Source of the DNA: Octopus sinensis
Lineage: Eukaryota
DNA: 64,000 bases
Assembly: GCF_006345805.1 (NCBI RefSeq)
Contig: NC_042998.1
Span: forward strand, 196,106,001-196,170,000
Direction of reading: 5' to 3'
Shown here: positions 26,200 through 39,235 of the stretch, piece after piece
Layout of the letters: each line of letters opens with the position of its first letter
How positions within the stretch are numbered: the stretch's first letter is position 1
Translations under genes and position numbers: made by a program
Notes under the pieces: generated by a model
The model's input: the letters and a program-made list of their open reading frames with translations, nothing else
What the model was told of the DNA's origin: nothing
Database searches by the model: none

Positions 26200-26525
26200 G
26201 GAGCATTTTGTTGGTTACGACGACAAGGGTCCCAGTTGATCTGATCAACGGAACAGCCTGCTCGTGAAATTAACGTGCAAGTGGCTGAGCAATTCACAGA
26301 CACATGTACCCTTAACGTAGTTCTCAGGGAGATTCAGCATGACACAGAATGTGACAAGGCCGGCCCTTTGAAATACAGGTACTACTCATTTTTGCCGGCT
26401 GAGTGGACTGGATCAACGGGAAATAAAGTGTCTTGCTCAAGGACACAAAGCATCACAGGGAATTGAACTGACGACCTTACAATCGTGAGCCGAATGCCCT
26501 AACCACTAAGCCATGTGCCTTCACT
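26200..26525 (-). mobile_element. SINE sharing the family D 3' half
   Basis: Reverse complement of cacgttaatttcacgagcaggctgttccgttgatc; tRNA-like head near 26460-26520. Confidence 0.7.
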
Positions 26526-27641
26526 AGAATAAGTACCACCCTTATAAAAACCAGGTACAAATGTTCTTCAAGGCAGTGCCCCAGGATGGTTTCCATTTAA
26601 GAACTGATTCAAGTGAAAGAAAAGAAATGAATTTTAGTGCATTTGTAATTCACCCCCTGATGCTGAAAGAAGCTCTTAACCCCCTCTGTTTGATAAACAC
26701 TTTGTTGAATAAGGGTTTTAGAATCAAGGATAGCACATCACCAGGTTATCATGGAGTTTGCAGTCCCATGGAGGTTTGATGAAATCTCAAGTGGAGTGGC
26801 ACAAAGTGTGGAGTAGAGTGCTATGAATTCTTGAGCGTGGCACTAAATGACTTCCACTTGTACATTGTCTTGTTGCATCAATTTAGGGTCCTGTGTTCAA
26901 ATCCTGCTGTGGTCAACATTGTCTTTCATCTTCCCAACATCAACAAATTAACTAGCTTTGTTGTTGTTGTTGATGTTTAATTACAGGTCAGTCCTGATTG
27001 AGATTAACATATCTATCACCAAGTGTGTTCTAACCATGGCCATCACTTCTGTTTGTATATCAAAGTCTTCATCGTCCAGTGTATTATTCCAATGTTAAAA
27101 ACTGTAGGGCAGTTGGTTCTCAACCATTGTTTACATATGGACCCCTTTGGTTCCTATTTTTACCCTACTGGACCCTCATAACCATTTGATGTTAAAAAAA
27201 AATCCTTTTATATTATTGTACCTAAATATTATTAGAAATTGTATTTAAAAAATCGTTGAAATATTTTGTGTATTGTTAGAAGTATAAGAAGTTTATTGCA
27301 CATAAATTTCAACTGCAAAATCTTTTGAGGACCCCCAAAGGTCATATGAACCCTGGTTCAGAATCACTGATGTGGGTGTGACTTGGTTGTTGTTTCTGAT
27401 TCATTGATCTGCTTAGCCATTGTCTGTTGAGGTTCCAATCATTCTCCACACACCCCTTCCTCCACCCAATACTCCTCCTCCTCCTCTTCCTCCTGTTGTA
27501 CACATTCGTGATGTTATGCCAAAGTGAGAAATCAGTGACACATACCATATATACGTATGTATATATATATATATATATATATGTTTGTGTGTGTGTGTGT
27601 GATGTATGTATGTAGACATATATATATATATATATGTATGT

Positions 27642-27706
27642 ATAGCTCAGCTGGAAGTGTTAGACTGAAAATGTAAAGGTCCCTGGTTCAATCCTCAGTT
27701 TCGGCA
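27642..27706 (+). pseudogene. tRNA-Phe(GAA) pseudogene, 5'-truncated
   Basis: atagctcagctggaagtgttagactgaaaatgtaaaggtccctggttcaatcctcagtttcggca matches eukaryotic tRNA-Phe but lacks the 5' acceptor strand. Confidence 0.7.
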
Positions 27707-27765
27707 TCCGGTGGTTGGCACATTTCTTAACCTACAACAAAAACAAAAAAAAACGAAATGGCTTG

Positions 27766-27798
<33 letters not shown>

Positions 27799-27939
27799 GT
27801 TTGTATACACACATGCATACATATATAAATTTAAATAATAAGGGTGAAAAATTGAATGTTAATTTGATTAATATCAATTGAAAACCAGTGGCCTAGCATA
27901 ATGAAAAATCTGAAGATTCAGAAAAAATATATTACATAC

Positions 27940-28137
27940 ATATAAGAGGGATTACCACTAAGTGGACATCCATTATGCTAGAAGTAGACCCCCTATGGTC
28001 TAACCACTAAGAAAAGATTGTTCTCAAGAAAATTCAGCAAACTCCAGAACAATCTTTTCTTGAAAACAATCTTTTCTTAGTGGTAAGACTACTTCTAGCA
28101 TAATGGATATCCACTTAGTGGTCATCTCTCTTATGTG
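27940..28137. repeat. Imperfect ~90-bp inverted repeat
   Basis: accactaagtggacatccattatgctagaagtag versus ctacttctagcataatggatatccacttagtggt. Confidence 0.7.
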
Positions 28138-28441
28138 TACATATATATACACACACACATCTTTTATCTTTTACTTGTTTCAGTCATTTAGAGTGTGGCC
28201 ATACTGGGGCACCACCTTGAAGAATTTTTCGTTTAATGAATCTGATGGGTTACTCTATACTTCTATTTGCTTAAACAATAATATTATCGACAGTAACTTC
28301 GAAGTTTTGGCTAGCTAAGACATCTTCGGGCTACAAGTACATGCAACCCAATGAATGTTAGAGAGAGAGAGAGAGAGAGAGATTATATTCATACACACAC
28401 ATATATGTATGTATATATGTATATAAATAATACATAAATGC

Positions 28442-28498
<57 letters not shown>

Positions 28499-28967
28499 GG
28501 ACATTCTACATTTACAAACATACGACACACACACACACACCTTCTCTCTCCACACACACACATACATATGTGTATACAATGTGTGCTTGTGTGTGTGTAT
28601 GCCATGTACATATGTACACAGGTAACACATCACGTTTCCTTCCTTGCCCACCCACCCTCACCCCCTTTCAACATTCATTCATCCTGTCAACTGTCAATAA
28701 CACGCACGCACACACACACACACACTACATTACCAGCAACCTTACACACACAAACACACACACACGTACACGCATTACCACATATATCCACACAAAACAA
28801 TAATCTACCCTTAATACTTTAACAATTGTAATAAATGTCATCGCATTTGTATGTCTGTCCGTGCATCTATCTCCCCCCTCTTCTCTCATACACTCACACA
28901 CAGATGCGTATAATGTATGTGTGCATATACATGCATATATATATGTGTGTGTGTGTGCGTGAATATA

Positions 28968-29035
<68 letters not shown>

Positions 29036-29950
29036 GTATGTATATATGTATATTCGTTGGTCTCTTGCCAGGAGCCAACTAGCTACAATTATCAGCTATT
29101 TAACGCTCTCTATATCTCTCTCTCTCTATCTATCTATCTCTCCTTCTTTCTCTCTCTATCTCTCTATCTATCTCTATCTCCCTCCAGCCGAGCTAAATAA
29201 ACTCGTGCACACAAAAGCTTTGTGGCTTTGTCGACATGTGTATAAAAGAGAGTCAGAAAGAAAGAGAGGAAAGTATGCATGAGAGAGAGAGAGAGTGAGA
29301 GAGCGACGGGGGAAAGAGAGAGCGCAAGAGCGCGCAAGAGAGAGAGAGAGAGGGGGGGTGAGCATTACGTGATAAAATCCCAGAATATTTGCTGAAACGA
29401 AATGGTGCCAAGTTAGGAACACAAGAAAATGTAAACATTAACAGCAAATTCATACATGCCCCGACAACAACAACAACAATAACAACAACCACCAAAAGTA
29501 TTAAAAAAAATAAATGAAAAATAAAAAAGCAAAAAATGAATATTCTTTTCCCCCTTTTTTCCTTCTCTTTCTTTCTTCCTCTAAAATAAACGCCATTTCC
29601 ATTCGAATATCGATCAATAATCGGACTGAAAAACCGATTTATTGATTGTCTATCGATGCCCGCTGACATATTTCAAAGTAGACTCGAGGCACATATGCTC
29701 AGAGCAGCATTTTAAAGCGAAAAAACGGAGCTGACGATGGCGGGGTGGGAAGGATAGGACCAGGCTAATAAAACCGACGATTCTCGGCTCTTCATGTCAA
29801 ATATTCATTGTGTTACAAACAGAACAATTAAATTTAATTATTGGGATGTTTAAGGGCGGCAGCGGCGGGTGGCGTGTGGTGAAGCCGGGGGTAGAATTGT
29901 TAGTATGTCGGACAATTAGCTTAGCGGAGTTCAAATACTGCTGAGGTCGA

Positions 29951-29988
<38 letters not shown>

Positions 29989-30011
29989 CCTTTCATCCTT
30001 TCTGGGTCTCT

Positions 30012-31336
30012 TTCACTCTTTTACTTGTTTCGGTCATTTGACTGCGGCCATGCTAGAGCACCGCCATTAGTCGAGCAAATCGACCCCAGGACTTATTCTT
30101 TGTAAGCCTAGTACTTATTCTATGGGTCTCTTTTGCCGAACCGCTAAGTAACGGGGACGTAAACACACCAGCATCGGTTGTCAAGCAATGCAAGGGGGAC
30201 AAACACAGACACACAAACACATACACATACATATATATACATATATATACGACAGGCTTCTTTCAGTTTCCGTCTACCAAATCCACTCACAAGGCATTGG
30301 TCGGCCCGAGGCTATAGTAGAAGACACTTGCCCAAGATGCCACGCAGTGGGACTGAACCCGGAACCATGTGGTTGGTTAGCAAGCTACTTACCACACAGC
30401 CACTCCTGCGCCTATATATATATATATTTGTCTTTCATCCTTTCTGGGTCTCTTTTACTCTTTTACTTGTTTCAGTCATTTGACTGCGGCCATGCTGGAG
30501 CACTGCCATTAGTCGAGCAAATCGACCCCAGGACTTATTCTTTGTAAGCCTAGTACTTATTCTATGGGTCTCTTTTGCCGAACCACTAGGTTACGGGGTC
30601 GTAAACACACCAGCATCGGTTCTCAAATGATGTGGGGGGGGGGCAAACACACACATATATACATACATATATACGACGGGCTTCTTTCAGTTTCCGTCTG
30701 CCAAACTCACTCGGTCGGCCCGAGGCTCGGTATTTTTTTTACGAAATTTTTGGGGAGGGAGCCAGTCGATTAGATTGACTTCAGTACGCAACTGGTACTT
30801 AATTTATCGACCCCGAATGGATGAAATGCAAAGTCGACCTCGGTGGAATTTGAACTCAGAACGTAAAGACAGACCGCTAAGGAATTCGTCCGGTGTGCTA
30901 ACGTTTCTGCCAGCTCGCTGCCTTTCTGAGTCGGTAATATTAGTACCAGTTGAGCACTAACCCCGTCCCCTAAAAATTTTCAGGCCTGGTTCCTATACTC
31001 TTTTACTTGTTTCAGTCATTTGACTGCGGCCATGCTGGGGCACCGCTTTTTAGTCGAGCACATCGACCCCAGGACTTATTCTTTGTAAGCCTAGTACTTA
31101 TTCTATCGGTCTCTTTTGCCGAGCCGCTAAGTTACGGGGACGTAAACACACCAGCATCGGTTGTCAAGCGATGTTGGGTGGGGGGGACAAACACAGACAT
31201 ACAAGCATATATACATATATACGACGAGCTTCTTTCGGTTTCCGTCTACCAAATCCACTCCCAAGGCTTTGGTTGGCCCGTGGCTATAGTAGAAGACACT
31301 TGCCCAAGGTGCCACGCAGTGGGGCTGAACCCGGAA
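30012..31336 (-). mobile_element. Cluster of three family B SINEs (30012-30413, 30451-30725, 30997-31336) and a family M copy
   Basis: Repeated ctcttttacttgtttc(a/g)gtcatttgactgcggccatgct starts. Confidence 0.8.
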
Positions 31337-31937
31337 CTGCTCCTATAGTAGAAAGAATTATTAAAGCGGTGAACTGATTGAATCGTTGGCGTGTCGGATT
31401 AAATGCTTAGCGACATTTCTTCCGGCTCATAACATTTAAATGCCCTCGAGGTCGACTTTGCCTGTCATCCGTTCAGGATCGATGTAATCGATTTTTCCAC
31501 TTCCCTAAAATTGCAGGCCTTGTGCCAAAATTTGAAACAATTATTTACATTGTTATTGTATTTCTAATGATTTCGGGTAATTTTAAAACCATTTAATTAG
31601 TATTTTATTTTATTTCCTTTTATTTAAATAAAATCTGAAAATATAAACACAAATAGGCGCAGGGGTGGCTGTGTGGTAAGTAGCTTGCTTACCAACCACA
31701 TGGTTCCGGGTTCAGTCCCACTGCATGGCACCTTGGGCAAGTGTCTTCTGCTATAGCCCCGGGCCGACCAATGCCTTGTGAGTGGATTTGGTAGACGGAA
31801 ACTGAAAGAAGCCTGTCGTATATATGTATATATATATATATATATATATAAGAAAATAGTAAGTGTGAAAAGACGACAGAAGGCTTAAATGTTAAAAAAT
31901 ATATATATTTGTGTCAAAATGTCTGGAGAATATTGGA

Positions 31938-31981
<44 letters not shown>

Positions 31982-32019
31982 CCTCCTTTCCTTAAAATGA
32001 CATAATTTTAAAATTTTTA

Positions 32020-32058
32020 AAGAAATTACCGGTTTCGCGTGTAGCTTTTCAATTTCTT
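32020..32058 (-). ncRNA. Mirror copy of the PLE minimal hammerhead
   Basis: Reverse complement aagaaa-TTGAAAA-gctacacgc-GAAACCGGTA-atttctt, one T shorter than the right-arm copy. Confidence 0.65.
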
Positions 32059-32195
32059 GTGACGTTATGTTTATATTGCATGGACTTATCGTTGTTTTTA
32101 TTTCCAGGAGATTTCTAAATAAGGGGAGGTAGTGAGTGATTTTTTCCGGTGTAGGGGAGATATCGCTTAAAAATTTTTTTTTTCCATTTCCTTGT

Positions 32196-34179
32196 TAATT
32201 TCTCTGTGTCAGTATGTTCGGATGGTTGAGTCTGGGTTTGTACTTTTCAATGAAGAATGTTTCCTTGTTCAGTCTCATTTGTGTTGATGATCCGAAAGCA
32301 CATTGGTAAAATGGGAAGATTAAAAATTGTGGCAGTAGTTGCTTTGCGCATTTCTCAATGTGCTCACTAAAAGTATCATTCTATATTCTGGGAATGCAAT
32401 CTGTTGTCGATGCAGTGTGCATCTGCGCCTGAGTGATAGTCCCGTGGAACCCACGTAGTCTTGGTGGCAGCCCGAGCATTAATAACACATAAATTATGTT
32501 TTCAGAGGCACAAGTAAAGTTAGATTTGATCTTAAATTTCTGTCCCTCTTTAAAGAAGAATTCTGATCCTTCCAATAGGTTAGGACATGTTGCACAGTTC
32601 GATCTACCACATTTTTTTACTTTTGCATCCGTAATTTTAGAAGACAATTTTGCCTTTGTGAGTATCTTTTTAAGTGATTTAGGCTTGTTTGTAGCTTTTA
32701 ATGATTTGGTGTATGTTTAGAATTTCCTTTAATTTTGGGTTTTTATGAAGTATTGGTAAATTCTGGGTGATGATGGTGAAGGCTTCTTTGTTTCTGGGGT
32801 TGTATGAATATGTAAGGTAGTATTTTCGGGGAAGGTGTGTTGTTGTGTTGAACTTTTCTTAAAGTTTCTATGTTGATTTCTGTTGCACGTCTGATCCCAT
32901 CCTCTATGAGTTGAGCTGGGTAATGTCTGTCAATTAGGGTGTTTTTGAGTTCTTGCAGTCTAAAGTTCCTGGTATTTTTTTCTGACACTATTGTGCATAT
33001 CCTTCTTGCAAGGTTGAAGGGGATGTTTGTTTTAGTGTGTCTTGGGTGGCATGAATTAAAAAGAAGGTATTGTTTGGCGTCTGTGGCTTTGTAAAAAATG
33101 TCTGTTCTATTTAAGGTTAATTTTTTTAATTAGTATATCCAAGAACGGGAGCTCCTTTTGGTTGTATTCCATTGTGAACTGTATATTTGGGTTTATGCTG
33201 TTCAATAGGTTTTTAAATTTTAGGAGTTTATCTATTTTTCATTCCAGAGAATGAAACAATCGTCTAGGAATCGTTTCCAATTCTCTTTTATGTATTGAGA
33301 GAGGGAGTTTCCAAAGATTGATAGAGATTCCTGGTAAATGATTATTTCCATGTATCCCATTGTTAAGTTCGCAATGACTGGTGCTGCCCTTGTACCATAG
33401 CAATTCCGGATTTTTGACGGTAAAATGTATTGTCAAACATGAAGTGGTTATTGTGTAGGATGAATTCAATTGATTTAGTAATGAATTCCTTACTGATCCT
33501 TTTTGGTATTTCTTCCGGAAATTGGTCTAACCAGAATTGTATTGCCTCCAGTCCGTAATTATGAGGTATACTGGTATACAAGTTGACTACATCAAATGAA
33601 ACCAGGATTGTTTCTTCCTTGGTTTTTTTTGGAAGGTGGTTTAACATATCTAAGTCATCTCTGATATGGCTATCGATATGTTTAAGGAAGGGTTTCAAGA
33701 GGATGTCCATAAGTAGACTTAGTCTGTGTGTTTCACAGGTTGGGCCAGCTACAATGGGTCGTAGTTTTAGGTCCCCCGGATTAGTGTGTGTATGTATGTC
33801 TTTGGTGATTTTTAATGGTTTCATTTATAATTTGACTTTTATGAATTTTTGGCAGACCATAGAAAAGGCTAGGTTTGCATTTAAAGTTTGTTAGGAAATC
33901 AATCTCTTTGGTTGTCAGTTCCTTTTCATGGGTTTTAATTAGTGAAGATAGAGTTTTCATTATTTTTTGTGGGGTGTAGTTGGTAATTTTTTCATAATGT
34001 AGGTCTTCATCAAGCAAGGAAATTACAAGATTTCTGTAGTATGATGTATCCATTATTACAACTGCATTTCCCTTGTCCGCTTCCTTAATGGTTATATCTT
34101 CATCATTTTGGAGTTCTATCAGTTCTTTCCATTGTGTATTGTTAAAATTTGGGTTAGCTTTCTGTTCGGCTTTCTGTTC
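32196..34179 (-). pseudogene. PLE RT + GIY-YIG, longer 5'-truncated copy, frameshifted
   Basis: ORF fragments with IKEADKGNAVVIMD, FYGLPKIHK, LRPIVAG, SFDVVNLYTSIP and CGRSNCATC; mirror image of the right arm. Confidence 0.92.
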
Positions 34180-35574
34180 TTGATGTAGTCAACTTGTATA
34201 CCAGTATACCTCATAATTACGGACTGGAGGCAATACAATTCTGGTTAGACCAATTTCCGGAAGAAATACCAAAAAGGATCAGTAAGGAATTCATTACTAA
34301 ATCAATTGAATTCATCCTACACAAACCACTTCATGTTTGACAATACATTTTACCGTCAAAATCGGAATTGCTATGGGTACAAGGGCAGCACCAGTCATTG
34401 CGAACTTAACAATGGGAACATGGAAATAATCATTTACCAGGAATCTCTATCAATCTTGGAAACTCCCTCTCTCAATACATAAAGAGAATTGGAAACGATT
34501 CCTAGACGATTGTTTCATTCTCTGGAATAAAACATAGATAAACTCCTAAAATTTAAAAACCTATTGAACAGCATAAACCCAAATATACAGTTCACAATGG
34601 AATACAACCAAAAGGAGCTCCCGTTCTTGGATATACTAATTAAAAAAATTAACCTTAAAATAGAAACAGACATTTTTTACAAAGCCACAGACGCCAAACA
34701 ATACCTTCTTTTTAATTCATGCCACCCAAGACACACTAAAACAAACATCCCCTTCAACCTTGCAAGAAGGATATGCGCAATAGTGTCAGAACAAAATACC
34801 AGGAACTTTAGACTGCAAGAACTCAAAAACACCCTAATTGACAGACATTACCCAGCTCAACTCATAGAGGATGGGATCAGACGTGCAACAGAAATCAACA
34901 TAGAAACTTTAAGAAAAGTTCCACACACAACACACCTTCCCCGAAAATACTACCTACATATCTACATACAACCCCAGAAACAAAGAAGCCTTCACCATCA
35001 TCACCCAGAATTACCAATACTTCATAAAAACCCAAAATTAAAGGAAATTCTAAACATACACCAAATCATTAAAAGCTACAAACAGCCTAAATCACTTAAA
35101 AAGATACTCACAAAGGCAAAATTGTCTTCTAAAATTACGGATGCAAAAGTAAAAAAATGTGGTAGATCGAACTGTGCAACATGTCCTAACCTATTGGAAG
35201 GATCAGAATTCTTCTTTAAAGAGGGACAGAAATTTAAGATCAAATCTAACTTTACTTGTGCCTCTGAAAACATAATTTATGTTATTAAATGCTCGGGCTG
35301 CCACCAAGACTACGTGGGTTCCACGGGACTATCACTCAGGCGCAGATGCACACTGCATCGACAACAGATTGCATTCCCAGAATATAGAATGATACCTTTT
35401 AGTGAGCACATTGAGAAATGCGCAAAGCAACTACTGCCACAATTTTTAATCTTCCCATTTTACCAATGTGCTTTCGGATCATCAACACAAATGAGACTGA
35501 ACAAGGAAACATTCTTCATTGAAAAGTACAAACCCAGACTCAACCATCCGAACATACTGACACAGAGAAATTAA
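34180..35574 (+). pseudogene. PLE reverse transcriptase (C-terminal part) plus GIY-YIG endonuclease, 5'-truncated and frameshifted
   Basis: DVVNLYTSIPH, SGIAMGTRAAP, RFLDD (34499-34510), LPFLDILI, TDIFYKATD, SCHPRHTK, linker CGRSNCATC, NIIYVIKCSGC..YVGST GIY-YIG motif; stop at 35574. Confidence 0.92.
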
Positions 35575-35709
35575 CAAGGAAATGGAAAAAAAATTTTTAA
35601 GCGATTATCTCCCCTACACCGGAAAAAATCACTCACTACCTCCCCTTATTTAGAAATCTCCTGGAAATAAAAACAACGATAAGTCCATGCAATATAAACA
35701 TAACGTCAC

Positions 35710-35749
35710 AAGAAATTTGAAAAGCTACACGCGAAACCGGTAATTTCTT
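35710..35749 (+). ncRNA. Minimal type I hammerhead ribozyme in the PLE 3' region (U3-A8 core variant)
   Basis: aagaaat-TTGAAAA-gc tacac gc-GAAA-CCGG-TA-atttctt: 7-bp stem I, 2-bp stem II, palindromic CCGG in place of stem III. Confidence 0.75.
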
Positions 35750-35947
35750 TAAAAATTTTAAAATTATGTCATTTTAAGGAAAGGAGAAAAAAAAAAAAAA
35801 AAAAAATTTTTCCAATATTCTCCAGACATTTTGACACAAATATATATTTTTTAACATTTAAGCCTTCTGTCGTCTTTTCACACTTTACTATTTTCTTATA
35901 TATTCACCCACGTGCTTTACCAAAAACTTTCTTATCTATATATATAT

Positions 35948-36001
<54 letters not shown>

Positions 36002-36252
36002 GTGTGTGTATGTGTGTGTATATGTTTGTGTGTCTGTGTTTGTCCCTCTAGCATTGCTTGACAACCGATGCTGGTGTGTTTACGTCCCCGTCACTTAGCG
36101 GTTCGGCAAAAGAGACCGATAGAATAAGTACTGGGCTTACAAAGAATAAGTCCCGGGATCGATTTGCTCCAGCATGGCCGCAGGCAAATGACTGAAACAA
36201 GTAAAAGAGTAAACAACATCGCCGAACGTTAATTTATAGAAATTATTTTTAA

Positions 36253-36287
36253 TGAGAGAAGGAAAGAGAGAGAGAGAAAGATAGACA

Positions 36288-36329
<42 letters not shown>

Positions 36330-36455
36330 GACAGAAAGACGGAGCAAGTGAACGAGACAAAGAGAGAGTGAGCAAGACGGAGAGAGAGAGAAAAAGAACG
36401 AGAGAAAGAGAGAGAGAGAGAGAAAAAGAACGAGAGAAAGAGAGAGAGAGAGATA
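36253..36455. repeat. (GA)n-rich tract
   Basis: Direct reading. Confidence 0.9.
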
Positions 36456-37012
36456 GACTGGCAGGCTGACAGGCAGTCAGAAAGAGTGAAGCAGAGAGAG
36501 AGGGGGAGTCGGACTTGATTTATTCTCTCTTGAGACAGTTTCCCAAAGGAACTCTGAAATAATTAAAGAAAATTTCAAGACATCGTTTCGTTAATTCTTT
36601 CTTATTTCCTCGTTTTCCATTTGAAGGAGGAAATCTTTGTCACGTGATTAGTGTGACCTTTGGGAAAGAGAGAGAGGCACGGAAGGATTTCTAGATCTTA
36701 AACCTACGACGGGGGGGAATAGACGGTGGTGGTGGTGATGATTGATGTTGACGTGGTGACGAGATGGTGGTGGTGGTGTTGATGATGTTACCCATGGTGC
36801 TGGTAGTGGTGGTTGTGATGGTGGTAGTGTAGTGGTTGCGGTGGTAGACGGGTGGTAGACGGGTGGTATTAGAAATACTATCGACAGTTTGTGATAGAGT
36901 TTCATTGGTTCAGTTTTTATCAAAGAGTCTTCGAGATGTCGTCAAATTATTTCATGAATTCTGAAAACAGGAAGACAATTATTGGACCATTTCCTTCTCT
37001 TGCACTCCCTCA

Positions 37013-37436
37013 CAGGGGCCGAATTAAGACTCATAGCGGCCCTAAGCACTTAAAAGACTTTTGGTGCCCCACATATTAATGTAATTCAAAAATGTAAACA
37101 ATAATAAACCATAAAATACATTTTATTTTTCAAAATGAAACAACACTAATAATGAGATGGAAAATGATGTTTATTTTTCCTTACTTTCACGTTATTTATA
37201 TTTGAAAAATTGGCTCCTACATTTTTTAATTGCAAAGTGTTTGATCAGATCCTCATTATGCCACCATAAATTCTACAAAATTATATTTCCGACCATACAA
37301 ACCACTTCGAATATTATTTTAGTAAGTTTAAAGTGATTTCTTTTGTGCCGTAAACCATTTCCCATTTCTGTGGTGCCCTCCTTCCCTCGATGTCCTAAGC
37401 ACGAGTTCATTTGGTTTAATGGTTAACCCAGCGTTG
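37013..37436. mobile_element. Possible hAT-type MITE
   Basis: caggggccgaattaa ... ttaacccagcgttg degenerate TIR; internal ggtgccc and cctaagcac repeats. Confidence 0.35.
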
Positions 37437-38099
37437 ATCGCTCGCAGTCCACAAAAAATGGCTACTGTTGGAATTCTGACAAAATTAACCACAGAATTAC
37501 TGTCTTCACAATTACTAATAATGATTTCTAATTCCATCCATGGGAAGGTCGTGGAGTTAGAGTCCTCAGGCACTTCCTCCATAGGTTCCTATCAAAAGCA
37601 ACCGTCATTACACTTTACGGGTGGATTCCCATGCGTGACCAACCATGACCATGGGTATTATCCAATCATTTCGTTTTTGGTCTTCCTCTGGGTCTGGCTC
37701 AGTTTGAAGAATTCGTCCTTTGATTCTTTCCTAAGACATTCTAATCACATGTCCATGGTACTGGCGTTGTGACGCCCAGATGCAGAGAAATAGCGGTTCG
37801 ACCCGAAGAGACTCCCTCATCTCTGAGTTAAGTAACATATCGAGTAACACTATTCCAGAGACCCTTAGAAGGAACCCCCATTTTGCTGCATGTATTAGTG
37901 GTGGGGATTGGGAACTGGAATATCTATAATCTTACTATAGAAATATTAAAATTTCTAAGTCTCTCTAAAGGAGACTACGGCAGCGGTACTGGAAATTAAC
38001 AGTTATCGCCAAGCTAATATGGCAGTCCATAAATATACGACTAAAGCTGCCGTTGATTAGCTCCAAGAGGCTATTGCCTCTGGCTAGCTATATGACATA

Positions 38100-38331
38100 A
38101 GGCGGCGAGCTGGCAGAAACGTTAGCACGCCGGGCGAAATGCTTTGCGGTATTTCGTCTGCCGCTACGTTCTGGGTTCAAATTCCGCCGAGGTCGACTTT
38201 GCCTTTCATCCTTTCGGGGTCGATTAAATGAGTACCAGTTACGCACTGGGGTCGATGTAAACTACTTACTCCGTTTGTCTGTCCTTGCTTGTCCCTTCTG
38301 TGTGTAGCCCCTTGTGGGTAGTAAAGAAATA
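38100..38331 (+). mobile_element. SINE family M
   Basis: Full-length match. Confidence 0.85.
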
Positions 38332-39153
38332 TATATGACACACGAACCTGTGTCCATTATAACCTTCGAACAGGGGAGGTCAGCCGCTTCTCCTTGCTGG
38401 TCTGGCAGCTGCAGACATGTTTCAGGGTATTTGCCCTTTATCAATGCAGAGTATTTTATTTTATCGAACTGACGAAAAAGCTTCTTGCAAAATCTATTAG
38501 AAATAGTAGCAGCCAGTTCGATTAATTGTTGATTCGAGTAGCTGTTATTTCGATCAATTGTTTCTATTTTCGTTTTGCTGTTTTCGATACATTGGCGCCC
38601 AAAGTGTCATTGGTATACGGCAAGTTGAAGGGGACGGAGTGGCCAAGGTGGTAGAGCGCCGGACTCAAATGTGTTTGTGTAGTTCACAGCTTACGTATAT
38701 TCTGACGTCATATTGTACCGTAGTTGATCTTTTTTTATCCTCTTGAGGATAAAATTATATACTGGGATGATTCATCGTCACAATACCTTTACCCGTTTTT
38801 ATATCTGTGGCCTTGTTCCGGCGTGAGAAACTTCTATAAATAAATTACACTTTAATAGAAGTTGGTTAGTGTTTGGAGTGAGGGTAACATGTTTTTATAG
38901 ATCAGCATGAAAGAAATGTGTGTGGAAGGGGAAGGTTGGTGAAATTGCACAAATGGAACGAGGGAAACGAGAGACAGACAATTGAACAAACGTGAGAGGT
39001 TCATTACATCGAGTGGACGAGAATTGAAAAGGCGGTGGACGAAATGTAAAAACAGTTTTGTACAATGAAATTGGACGTTGAAGAACGGAAGGCTCAGACT
39101 GATGTTTAGGGTGAATCCATTATCTAAATAGAATAAGCCAGAAACGAGCAGAG

Positions 39154-39220
<67 letters not shown>

Positions 39221-39235
39221 TTATATATATATATA

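Larger units (their letters stand above)
31850..35936. mobile_element. Penelope-like element (Neptune-type), head-to-head inverted pair of 5'-truncated copies
   Basis: Left arm 31850-33595 is the reverse complement of right arm 34180-35897. Spacer 33596-34179 is extra 5' RT sequence on the minus strand. Flanked by (TA)n on both sides. Confidence 0.93.
31654..36212 (+). mobile_element. Family B SINE split by the Penelope insertion (head 31654-31849, tail 35937-36212)
   Basis: Head and tail join into the family B consensus across the (TA)n target. Confidence 0.85.

Noticed and set aside
1274-31377. Recurrent ORFs such as MSSNARGTNTDTQ... and FQSFDCGHAGAPP...
   Set aside because: Chance frames within SINE family B; they recur only because the SINE recurs.
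34180-35574. Naiad/Chlamys-type PLE or selenoprotein recoding
   Set aside because: The endonuclease is C-terminal, and no in-frame TGA occurs in the 336-aa ORF.
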